From positions 1 to 37,594 of the IMG/VR virus record IMGVR_UViG_3300048858_000142: DNA of 37,594 nucleotides. One strand, written 5' to 3'. The notes under the pieces are model-generated. The model was not told where the DNA came from and did not search any database. It saw only the letters and a list, made by a program, of their open reading frames with translations. Positions 28,418 to 36,307 of the stretch are shown piece by piece; position 1 is the first letter of the stretch; each line of letters starts with the position of its first letter. A program made the position numbers and the translations under genes. The stretch comes from a virus. Its lineage: Duplodnaviria; Caudoviricetes.

Positions 28418-29038
28418 TCAGACGCCCAGCGCTCGGTCCACCAACTCGCCGATAACGTGATATCCCAGCCGAGTGTAGTGCAAGTTGTCGCGCTGGTAGA
28501 GTGGGCAACGCCCCACTACGCGACATCTGCTGCTGAAGGCGGAATGGGTGTCCACCAGATGATACCCATGCCGATCCGCATTTGCCGAGAGGATGCCGTT
28601 AAGCGCGGCGATCTGTTCTGCGTAAGAGGCCAAACCTTCCCCGCGGGGGGTAACAGTCAAGAGGGCGATTTTGGCCTGTGGGGCTTTCTCTCGGAGCCAA
28701 TCAGCCAGGCGAAAAATGGCGCGTGCGATCTCTGGCGGCGTGTCCGTCGCTAAGCTGTTCGTCCCGGTACTCACCACAATGGTGCGCACCTCCGCGTAGG
28801 CAATGCGCTTCCGTGCAAGCCAGCCGACACTCTCGGACGGACGGGAGCCAGCCTTACCGAGATTGAGAGCGTCGCGAACTGCCGACGAGCGCCAGGCAGC
28901 GCGCCATTGGGACGCGGTACTATCCCCCACGATGAGCGCGCGTGCGGCAGGACTTTCGTTCTGGTCGCCGGCCGCGTCGGCGGGTGTCGAGAGGGGCAGC
29001 ATCAGCGACCCTGCAAAAAAGGATCTACGACTTAGCAT
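28418..29038 (-). CDS. Tat-exported SGNH/GDSL esterase (PAF-acetylhydrolase-like)
   Basis: MLSRRSFF...ADA twin-arginine signal; IVGDST (block I), NLGKAG (II), GTNS (III), DNLH (V). Confidence 0.85.
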   Translation of the reverse strand: MLSRRSFFAGSLMLPLSTPADAAGDQNESPAARALIVGDSTASQWRAAWRSSAVRDALNLGKAGSRPSESVGWLARKRIAYAEVRTIVVSTGTNSLATDTPPEIARAIFRLADWLREKAPQAKIALLTVTPRGEGLASYAEQIAALNGILSANADRHGYHLVDTHSAFSSRCRVVGRCPLYQRDNLHYTRLGYHVIGELVDRALGV

Positions 29039-30038
29039 CCAAATCCGCGTCATTCGTTTGCGTGAGAAAGCCGAGGATCTTCCCGATGCGGGGGGCCTCG
29101 TTAGGCACCCCCTTCCTCAACGTGAGCGGTGGGCGCCCTGGAAGCTGCGTCACCTTCATCTCTCCCGGTTCGCCTTGATAGCGGAGGCTTACCAGCCGGT
29201 CATAATAGCTGTCCCGGTCATAAGCGACGACGACCTTGGCCGAGCCGTTCGCTTCAAGCCGGAGATTGCCGCGCCGCGGACCCGCGATGGCCACCAGTCC
29301 CCTGGGTTGTACTCCGTCAGGGACGGAAAACGTAACGGTGGAGTTCTCCGGGATCTCGATTGCGGGAAGAGATATGCCGCAACGAGAAAAATCCGACCTC
29401 GCGTATTCTCCGCCAACTGGCGAAGGCAACCAGAGACGAGGATATAATCCGTCGCCGGGATGGTATGAGAACGAGGATGGCGCATGGGGTCCGGCCGCGA
29501 CGTTCTCAAGGAACGCCATGATCTTTTCGCCATAGAATTCAGACCCGGCTTGGGTGGTGTGCGTCCCGTCTCGAAGGTATTCCGCTATACCACCGCGAGC
29601 CTCGATCTCGGCCATGTCTCCATAGAGGCTTAAGCAGGGGAAGCGATGCTCCTCAGCAAACTCGTGAATTGTGCGGTCCAGCATGTCGGCGGGCTTGATA
29701 TAGCCCTTTCTGGGAAGGTTCACGAAGCAGGGCCGCGAGCCGGCCTTCACCGCAGCATCGCAGATCAGCGACAAATGTTTGCGATAGACGCCAGGTTCGT
29801 TTCCCGCGTACCTGCGGCAGCTCGCCACTTCAAAAACGGTGAACTTTGCGTCCTCCATTTTGATGTGCGGCGTAAGGTACGAGAGAAATCCTATAGACGC
29901 GCCGCCGACTGATTTGGATGCAACGCTCGGTGCATGCGGGCGCGAGGAAAAAGCGGCTTTGATGTAATCTGCGTAGCTATTCTTCTGCTCGGTAATGCTG
30001 AACCCCACGATTAGAAAGTCCAGACTTCTCATGATCAA
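29025..30038 (-). CDS. SGNH/GDSL hydrolase-family protein with C-terminal beta domain
   Basis: IVGFSIT (block I variant), SVGGAS (II), LRDGTHTT (V); lower-GC codon usage; overlaps the downstream SGNH gene. Confidence 0.72.
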   Translation of the reverse strand: MIMRSLDFLIVGFSITEQKNSYADYIKAAFSSRPHAPSVASKSVGGASIGFLSYLTPHIKMEDAKFTVFEVASCRRYAGNEPGVYRKHLSLICDAAVKAGSRPCFVNLPRKGYIKPADMLDRTIHEFAEEHRFPCLSLYGDMAEIEARGGIAEYLRDGTHTTQAGSEFYGEKIMAFLENVAAGPHAPSSFSYHPGDGLYPRLWLPSPVGGEYARSDFSRCGISLPAIEIPENSTVTFSVPDGVQPRGLVAIAGPRRGNLRLEANGSAKVVVAYDRDSYYDRLVSLRYQGEPGEMKVTQLPGRPPLTLRKGVPNEAPRIGKILGFLTQTNDADLDAKS

Positions 30039-30191
30039 CCCTCGGCCCTCGGGAGCTTGCTAACGGTGATGATCGTAGCCTGCAAGCGGACGCACGTCCC
30101 ACAGCACCGAGCGGATTGGAACCAGACCGTGCCGAGTAGAAGGAGGGCGTAGATGCCGCACGTGGCACGAACGGTGGTGGAGGGATAGAGG

Positions 30192-30857
30192 ATGCCAAAC
30201 TCAGGCGTTCGCCCGGCGGAGCCACGTGATCCAAAGCTAAAGCCGATCTACTCGCAGAAGGACCTGGACGACGCGATCCGGGTGGCCAAGCTGGAGCAAG
30301 CCACGCATGACGTGAAGGGCGTCCAGCAGCATCGACTGGCGGCGGAGGTCCTGACGGCGAAGGCTCAGGCTCCAGTCGTCACGCAGCAGCGCATGACGAT
30401 GTTCCAGACGGTCATCTCCATCGTGGGAGGGACGGTCGGGATCGGGGTGGTGGCGATTGCCGCGATCAACACCTATGCCAATTCGCAGGCCCAGGTTCGC
30501 GAGAGCGCTGCTCGCATGGCGTCCCTGGAAAGCTGGCGGACCGAGATGGTCGCCATGAACCTGCCGGCCGAGATACGCGACCTCAAGAACCTGAGCCGCA
30601 CGCGTGACCTGCAGTATCAGGGCATGAACGACCAGATCACCCAGCTTCGGCAGGCGGACAGCGCCGCCGGCCTACAGAACCAGGAACTGCTGCGGAACAA
30701 CACGGCGCTGCAGACCCGCATGGAGGACATCATCCGCCAGCTTGCGGAGATCAAGTCGCAGCTCAACCGGGGTTCGCTCTACCTGCCGCCTGGCACGCAG
30801 CGTGGCAACGAAGAGGCGCCTGCCTTCTGGTTCATCCCGCCCGCGCAGGGCACCTAG
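30192..30857 (+). CDS. Single-TM coiled-coil membrane protein (lysis region; holin/antiholin/spanin-like role uncertain)
   Basis: TM VISIVGGTVGIGVVAIAAI followed by a Q/L-rich coiled coil. Confidence 0.6.
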   Translation: MPNSGVRPAEPRDPKLKPIYSQKDLDDAIRVAKLEQATHDVKGVQQHRLAAEVLTAKAQAPVVTQQRMTMFQTVISIVGGTVGIGVVAIAAINTYANSQAQVRESAARMASLESWRTEMVAMNLPAEIRDLKNLSRTRDLQYQGMNDQITQLRQADSAAGLQNQELLRNNTALQTRMEDIIRQLAEIKSQLNRGSLYLPPGTQRGNEEAPAFWFIPPAQGT

Positions 30858-30873
30858 GCCGCCGCCCCGCGGC

Positions 30874-31077
30874 TCAGGCAGTGGGGACAGGTACTGTCCG
30901 TTGACCACCGTATGCTTCGTAGAGGCCGAGAGCTTCTGCACGTTCGGGGGAAACCACGACCGAACGCTCCCCCCGGATCGTCTTGTAGCGCACGAAGACC
31001 ACGGTTCGGGATCGAAGCGGGTCAAGGATCGGCTCGACCATGACGAGGCGAGCTCTGCCTTCCGGCAGCGACTGCAT
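30874..31077 (-). CDS. Small hypothetical protein (moron-like)
   Basis: GAGGT SD upstream; fills the gap between two plus-strand genes; beta-rich plausible sequence. Confidence 0.4.
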   Translation of the reverse strand: MQSLPEGRARLVMVEPILDPLRSRTVVFVRYKTIRGERSVVVSPERAEALGLYEAYGGQRTVPVPTA

Positions 31078-31194
31078 TCCGCACCTCTGAATGTTGGTTG
31101 TGCGAAATTAGGAACGCGCAACCACAGATAGCATTCACGTATGTTAACCGCCGCCCGGCGGCTCCGGGCACCCCTGACAATCTGGAGGACACCC

Positions 31195-31839
31195 ATGGCA
31201 CCCGTAGTGCTGGGGCTGGGCGCGCTCGCGGTGGAGTACGGGCCAAGCCTCGCGCGATGGATCTTCGGCGACAAGACGGGGGAGACAGCACAGCAGGCCG
31301 CGGACCTCGTGCAGGCAGTGACCGGCACCAGCGATCCGGCGACGGCTGCGGCCCTCCTGGCAGATCCGGCCAAGGCTTCTGAGCTGCGCATCCGCTTGGC
31401 AGAGATCGCGGCCCAACGCGAGGCGGCGGCCGACCTGGCGCGGCTGGAGACCTTCCGGGCGGTGGTCGCGGATGCGGCCAATGCCCGCGCTGCCTCATCC
31501 GCCTCGCCTCTCATCGCTCGAGCGCAGGTGACGCTTGCCGCGGTGATCACCCTCATGTTCGGCCTGACCCTGGTCCTGGCCGCCACGCGCGGCGTGCCTC
31601 CTGGCATCGACCTGCTGCTAGGCGCGCTAATCGCCGCCTTCGCAGGCGTGACGGCCTTCTTCTTCGGCAACAGCACCTCGGGGCACACGGCGAACAACAC
31701 CCTGGCTGCCTTGGCTGGCCGGCCCACCGCCCCTGCTGCGATCGCCACCACCGGAACCGTCGTGGTGCCCGGCCAGCCATCCCCTCCCGGCACATCGGCG
31801 GACGCCCTGATGGCCGCCTTCAACCCGCCTCGCTCATAG
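31195..31839 (+). CDS. Holin-like membrane protein
   Basis: GGAGG SD; helical N-terminus with D.ANAR motif, two TM segments (VTLAAVITLMFGLTLVLA; LLLGALIAAFAGVTAFFFG.S.S) typical of alphaproteobacterial phage holin-like proteins. Confidence 0.7.
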   Translation: MAPVVLGLGALAVEYGPSLARWIFGDKTGETAQQAADLVQAVTGTSDPATAAALLADPAKASELRIRLAEIAAQREAAADLARLETFRAVVADAANARAASSASPLIARAQVTLAAVITLMFGLTLVLAATRGVPPGIDLLLGALIAAFAGVTAFFFGNSTSGHTANNTLAALAGRPTAPAAIATTGTVVVPGQPSPPGTSADALMAAFNPPRS

Positions 31840-31849
31840 GAGAGACCCG

Positions 31850-33013
31850 ATGCTCGATATCACCCCCTACAAGCCCATCCTCGGTTTCGCCTCCTGGGTC
31901 CGCGGAGCGCCCCCTGGCTCGCCCATCCAGCACTGCACCACCGGCGATCAGATCAATGCCGCCGCGAAGCTGGCAGATGGCCCCCTCTTCATCAGCGTGG
32001 AGGGCGACATCTCGGGCGAGAACACCAGGGACAACGTGATCCGCATCGAGCGGGTGCGGCAGATCACCATCATCGGGGACGGCAAGAGCAAGATCCGAGG
32101 GGTTGGCTTCAGGACGAACGATGCGGAAGACATCGTCTATGCGAACCTCGACATCGGCCAGGTGAATGAGGGGCCGAAGGATTGCATCGGCATCGAGGGG
32201 GCGAGCCGGGGCGTCGTGGTCCTGCACTGCCACCTGTCCGGCTCGATGGCGAAGAACAAAGACTATTTCGACGGTCTCGTCGACGTGAAGCACGAGGCCT
32301 CGGAAGTCTGCCTCGCCTACAACCACTTCCATGACCACCACAAGGCGGTGCTGATCGGGTCGAGCGACAGCGACAAGGGCAATCGCCGCGTCACCATCGC
32401 CCGGAACTTCTTCGATGACCTGGGGTCGCGTGGTCCGTCCAACCGCTTCGGCGAGGTGCATATCGCCGACAACCTCTTCCGCGGCATGGACACCAGCGGC
32501 ATCAACATTCGCATGGGCGCCGAGGCACTGATCGAGGGCAATGTCTTCGAGCGGGTGAAGCTGCTGATCTGCTCGCTCGACAGCAAGGAAATCGGGCGCT
32601 GGCATCAGCGGGACAACCGATACATCGACTGCGAATGGCCGAAGGTCAGCGGCAAGGCTGTGGCGAGCGGGCAGGACGGACAGAGCACCACCGACTGGCA
32701 GCCGCCCTATAGCTTCGTCCGCCTGCCCTTGGATGAGGTGGTGGCGCATGTGACGCGCTTCGCCGGGCCGCTGCAGCCTGGCGCGGCGGGGCCGGTGATC
32801 GACGGCGAAGCGGTGGAGCTGCCGGAGCAGCCCGACGCCCAGGAGCCGGAGAAGCCGGTGGACGAGCCCGGCCAGCCCGAGCAGCCGGGGCAGGACGAGA
32901 CCGAGGTGGTGGATCTCGCCCCCATTGTGGCCGCGCTGGATCGAGCGGAGGCAGGGCTGGATCAGTACAAGGCCGCGCTCGCCGAGGTCCGGCGGCTGCT
33001 GGGGGCTGGGTGA
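31850..33013 (+). CDS. Pectate lyase, polysaccharide lyase family 1, no signal peptide
   Basis: KDCIGIE and DGLVDVKH (Ca-binding Asp), YNHFHDHHKAVLIGSSD, VTIARNFF, RGPSNRFG (RxPxxR catalytic motif), GINIRMGAEALIEGNVF; AGGAG SD; acidic Pro-rich linker and helical tail. Confidence 0.88.
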   Translation: MLDITPYKPILGFASWVRGAPPGSPIQHCTTGDQINAAAKLADGPLFISVEGDISGENTRDNVIRIERVRQITIIGDGKSKIRGVGFRTNDAEDIVYANLDIGQVNEGPKDCIGIEGASRGVVVLHCHLSGSMAKNKDYFDGLVDVKHEASEVCLAYNHFHDHHKAVLIGSSDSDKGNRRVTIARNFFDDLGSRGPSNRFGEVHIADNLFRGMDTSGINIRMGAEALIEGNVFERVKLLICSLDSKEIGRWHQRDNRYIDCEWPKVSGKAVASGQDGQSTTDWQPPYSFVRLPLDEVVAHVTRFAGPLQPGAAGPVIDGEAVELPEQPDAQEPEKPVDEPGQPEQPGQDETEVVDLAPIVAALDRAEAGLDQYKAALAEVRRLLGAG

Positions 33014-33519
33014 TGACCCCGGACCTCCTCCTCACCCTGACGGTGAACCCGGCGCTGGCCTGGATGCAGGCGTTCGGCATCCGGTCGGACGACCGGGCCC
33101 GGGTGATGCTTCTGGCCATTGCCGGCCAGGAGAGTGGCTACAGGCACCGTCGGCAGGTGCCGGTCGCTCACGCCATGGGCCTCTGGCAATTCGAGCGGGG
33201 CGGGGGCGTTACCGGGGTGCTGCGGCACGCCGCATCGCGCACCGCTGCCATGGCAGCCTGCGAGGCCCTGCTTGTGCCGGCCACCCCGGAGGCGGTGCAC
33301 CCGGCGCTGGAGCACAACGACGACCTCGCCTGCGTCTTCGCCCGGCTTCTGCTCTGGACCGATCCCAGGGCTCTGCCGGCCATGAGCGACCCTGACGGCG
33401 GCTGGGAGATGTACCTACGCTGCTGGCGCCCAGGGAAGCCGCATGCGGGCACCTGGGCAGCCCATTGGCGGAATGCGAGGGAAGCTTTGATGGCAGAGCG
33501 GGCGAGCTTGGCGTTCTGA
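33013..33519 (+). CDS. Putative endolysin, lysozyme-like/lytic transglycosylase fold
   Basis: LLAIAGQES (catalytic Glu) and GLWQFE motifs; DDLA..FARLLLW.DP..LP, W..Y.R.WRPGKPH; TGATG overlap with the lyase gene. Confidence 0.75.
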   Translation: MTPDLLLTLTVNPALAWMQAFGIRSDDRARVMLLAIAGQESGYRHRRQVPVAHAMGLWQFERGGGVTGVLRHAASRTAAMAACEALLVPATPEAVHPALEHNDDLACVFARLLLWTDPRALPAMSDPDGGWEMYLRCWRPGKPHAGTWAAHWRNAREALMAERASLAF

Positions 33520-33689
33520 AAACCCCAGCCCAGCGTTAAACGTTCCTGCGCCGCAAGTTCTTAGATGCAGTGGGGACGAAGGTCATGGCGAGAGCGGATA
33601 ACGGCTGCGGCGAGGGCTTACTCGATCCCGCCCGCGCTTCGAGCGCTCAGGAGGCGTCTGACCGCCAGTTCGGCAAAGTGGTGAGGCCC

Positions 33690-33860
33690 ATGCCGCCAGA
33701 CCCTAAAGCTGTTCAGCCGGCGCGGCCTGCTGAGACGCCCCGCGTCAGAACGGTGCATGTGCTGCGCCAGATCGAGGAGAGCCGTAGACTTCTCGATGAA
33801 AGCCTGCGGCTTTTAGGCCCTGGCCCGGCAGCCTTCAAATTGAGGCCTTCGACAAAGTAG
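33690..33860 (+). CDS. Small hypothetical protein
   Basis: GAGG before ATG 33690; helical QIEESRRLLDESLRLL. Confidence 0.35.
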   Translation: MPPDPKAVQPARPAETPRVRTVHVLRQIEESRRLLDESLRLLGPGPAAFKLRPSTK

Positions 33861-33985
33861 GGCCCGACTGGGAGGTTGGCGAGCCAGGTGCGTCCGCACT
33901 CTTGCGGCTAAATCGCCCTCTGGGCCGCGTGAATAAATACTTAATAAAGCAGGGATCCACGGCAGTGTCGTGCTAGAAGTATTCG

Positions 33986-34159
33986 ATGAAGCCTCTACCA
34001 GGTCTTGTCGTCGCTTCTATTCTTCTCTGTGATGAGGTGGCAGCGAACGTCGCCTTACTCAGATCCCACAGAGAACAAGCGCGCGAGCTCGTGGCGGCAA
34101 GCAGGCGGGCCCGGGAGCACTGGTCAGCCTATGCCTTGCGTGGTCGCAGCAAGCGTTAG
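33986..34159 (+). CDS. Small hypothetical protein (57 aa, not in ORF track)
   Basis: MKPLPGLVVASILLCDEVAANVALLRSHREQARELVAASRRAREHWSAYALRGRSKR, downstream of an AT-rich patch at 33930-33950. Confidence 0.3.
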   Translation: MKPLPGLVVASILLCDEVAANVALLRSHREQARELVAASRRAREHWSAYALRGRSKR

Positions 34160-34357
34160 CAGGGCGGGCCGTCTGTGTCGGTCGCGGGCTTCACGGTGCG
34201 GAGGGAGTGGTCGGGCATGGGGCCGGTATAAGGGATGGCGCGGGCGCCTCGTAGCCCTAGCGATGACGGGCGCGCCCGTCCCGTGATCTAGTGGATGAAA
34301 CCCGACGCTTTATGCCCACTGAGCCATAGCCGCTTTCGACACAGAGGCGAAATTCGC

Positions 34358-34407
34358 TTGACGCCAAGTCTGTCAGGTCTAGCCTGACTGTCAGGAAATC
34401 CCTGACA
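34358..34407 (+). promoter_or_regulatory. Promoter with two tandem GTCAGG-N5-CCTGAC operators
   Basis: TTGACG (34358-34363)-N16-TAGCCT; GTCAGG-TCTAG-CCTGAC (34372-34388) and TGTCAGG-AAATC-CCTGACA (34389-34407). Confidence 0.75.
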
Positions 34408-34419
34408 TGGAGACGTCAA

Positions 34420-34830
34420 GTGCCCCAAGTCCCAGAGGAGATAAGGTCCAGCCTGCCCGTGCCAGATCTGCCGACGCCTCCGGTCGAATATTGCTCCTTC
34501 TGCCTGAAGGGGGCCGCCGAGGTAGAGAAGCTGGTTGCGGGCGCGGGCCGCATTTTCATCTGCAACGAGTGCATTGCTGTCTGCAATGACTACATCCGCG
34601 ACGGTGTATCGGGTCGCTCATCACGCACACCCTTCGAACAATCATCGACAGAGCGACTGCTGGCGTTGCTCAAGCCGATCGAGGAGACAGTCGCGGGTAA
34701 GAGCAACCAGCTCCAATCAGTCGTCGAGATGTTGCGCTCACGGCATGTGAGTTGGGCCATCATTGGTGAAGCGCTCGGTGTGTCACGGCAATCTGCGTGG
34801 GAGCGGTTCTCACACGCGGAGATCCGCTGA
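34420..34830 (+). CDS. ClpX C4-type zinc-finger domain fused to a C-terminal HTH
   Basis: YCSFCLK...EVEKLVAG....[14 protein letters not shown] matches the ClpX ZBD; [23 protein letters not shown]; GGAG SD. Confidence 0.88.
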   Translation: MPQVPEEIRSSLPVPDLPTPPVEYCSFCLKGAAEVEKLVAGAGRIFICNECIAVCNDYIRDGVSGRSSRTPFEQSSTERLLALLKPIEETVAGKSNQLQSVVEMLRSRHVSWAIIGEALGVSRQSAWERFSHAEIR

Positions 34831-35109
34831 CCGCCCTAAGCTGACCTACGCAGGGCACCAAGCGTCAGGTTCTAACCATTAGGCGCTTAGTCCGATCGGC
34901 TGATGGCGGGGCCGGTGGTGAACGCGGGGGCCGGAGCCAAGGGCCTATCTGCTTTCTTGCTGAGCATGGCGTGCCTCAAAAAAGCTTCGTTGCGCCTGCA
35001 AAGTTCCAAATTTGATCCATCCTGGATTAATCCCGACTGGAGGTGGGTTGAACGGAGGCCCAGATAGCCGCCGACACAGGCTGAAGGCGGCCGGTTCAGG
35101 TCGGACTGA

Positions 35110-35316
35110 ATGATGCAACGCAGCAATCGAGCGCCCTCGACGCCCCGTGAGGTGGAGATACATGCGATGGGTCGCCGCGCCGCCGAAGACGGCGCGCCCA
35201 TCATCCAAGTCGAGGCAGAAGAAAATCGCCTGTTCACTGATCTGGACAGGCGTCTCTGGCGTCAGGGTTGGCGCGAAGGGAAGAAGGCGGCGATCGGTCT
35301 TGCCGTGTGTTACTGA
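35110..35316 (+). CDS. Small protein, possible Rmf/CrpP fold
   Basis: GRRAAEDG...RRLWRQGWREG resembles the RMF G..A...G...W..GW.EG pattern; followed by a strong terminator. Confidence 0.45.
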   Translation: MMQRSNRAPSTPREVEIHAMGRRAAEDGAPIIQVEAEENRLFTDLDRRLWRQGWREGKKAAIGLAVCY

Positions 35317-35365
35317 TCGATAGCTGAAGCTCCTCGTGGTGCCCTAGCAAATGGCTGCAGCACGG

Positions 35366-35418
35366 AAGCCGCTCGGTGGGTTAGGACAAATCCTGCTAAC
35401 CCGCCGGGCGGCTTTTTT
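35366..35418 (+). terminator. Rho-independent terminator (long stem)
   Basis: AAGCCGCTCGGTGGGTTAG / CTAACCCGCCGGGCGGCTT 19-bp stem (2 G-U pairs) ending in a T6 run. Confidence 0.8.
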
Positions 35419-35587
35419 CGTTTCGTGCGCCGCTACAATCCCCGTCCGCGCACAGAATACCCAGACACATACACGCGAGGGTTGTATCTTTCTCTGAGAC
35501 TTACTCTAGGGTCACTTCGGCGCCGGGTACCGCGCTGCTTCCGATCCCAGGCCCTCGTCCCACCCCTCATGGGGCGGGGGTTCGGGT

Positions 35588-35794
35588 TCAGGCTCGACCG
35601 ACCGTTACCGCGACGCACGGCGCTTTCACCGTTTCGCTCGGGTCATCGTCTCCCAGTCTCCTGGCTGTAACCTCGATGTTGATGAGCAGCCCGCGGTCGG
35701 CAGCCTCGTGGATGGCTTGGTTCAGGACGTCGGCCGCCGCGTGGACGGCAGCGGCCAACTCCATGTCGCGGCGAACCTTGGGGGAAAGCTCCAT
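35588..35794 (-). CDS. Small hypothetical protein
   Basis: GGGAG SD before ATG 35794; DMELAAAVHAAADVLNQAIHEAADRGLLINIEV. Confidence 0.6.
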   Translation of the reverse strand: MELSPKVRRDMELAAAVHAAADVLNQAIHEAADRGLLINIEVTARRLGDDDPSETVKAPCVAVTVGRA

Positions 35795-35801
35795 GGTGAC
35801 T

Positions 35802-36066
35802 CCCAGCACTACAGTTGCGCACTCCAAAGGGGCTTATCGCCCCGGCAGGTTAGAGCAACTGTAGTGTTAGCCCTTATTCGCCTGTCTACGTTGTATCCGG
35901 AGGCGCTTGCGGGCGGTCTTTCGGCTGCGTTTAGGTCTGATACGCACGACGATACATCCCCTGCGTGAGTTGGAGCGTCAGGCTCTAGCAAGCTGGCCTA
36001 CGGCTGCAAACGGACGGCGCGGCGGGTCGAGAGCACGATATTGGGATGCGCAACTGTAGTGCTAGG
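35802..36066. repeat. Three-copy GCAACTGTAGTG inverted-repeat element
   Basis: 35802-35827 is the reverse complement of 36041-36066 (17-bp perfect core TGCGCAACTGTAGTGCT); third copy GCAACTGTAGTGTTAG at 35855-35870. Confidence 0.8.
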
Positions 36067-36307
36067 CCTCGCGAAGGCCGCCAGGGTTAGGGGAGAAATC
36101 GCTGGTGCTGTGTGGTGGGCGCGGCGGGCCCTGCATCACCTTGAAGTTAGCCCGGGCCAGGTGCTCCACAATGTGCCGGGCCATCCATTCCGGATCCTCC
36201 CGCAGCTTCTTGCCGAGCGGCTTGCCGCTGAGGCCGAAGCGCAGGGCGTAGTGGACCGCTTGTGTGAAGTCGGCCGGATCGGCGGGAGTGAGGGGCGCAC
36301 CGGTCAT
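36062..36307 (-). CDS. Hypothetical phage protein
   Basis: LTPADP.DF...V.YAL.F..GK....MA..IV.HL.R.NF.VM..PP...HS; GAGGAG SD; ATGA-coupled to the upstream frame. Confidence 0.65.
   Translation of the reverse strand: MTGAPLTPADPADFTQAVHYALRFGLSGKPLGKKLREDPEWMARHIVEHLARANFKVMQGPPRPPHSTSDFSPNPGGLREA

Noticed and set aside
28397-29447. Plus-strand ORFs 28397-28753 and 28803-29447
   Set aside because: They overlap the motif-supported SGNH genes on the opposite strand.
31132-31149. CtrA box (TTAA-N7-TTAA)
   Set aside because: Only a TTAACC half-site is present.
32815-32900. GAGCAGCC/GAGCC repeats
   Set aside because: Explained by the low-complexity PEQP linker of the lyase.
35802-36066. Retron msr-msd or protelomerase telRL interpretation of the inverted repeats
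   Set aside because: No reverse transcriptase or protelomerase in the window and not a continuous perfect palindrome.
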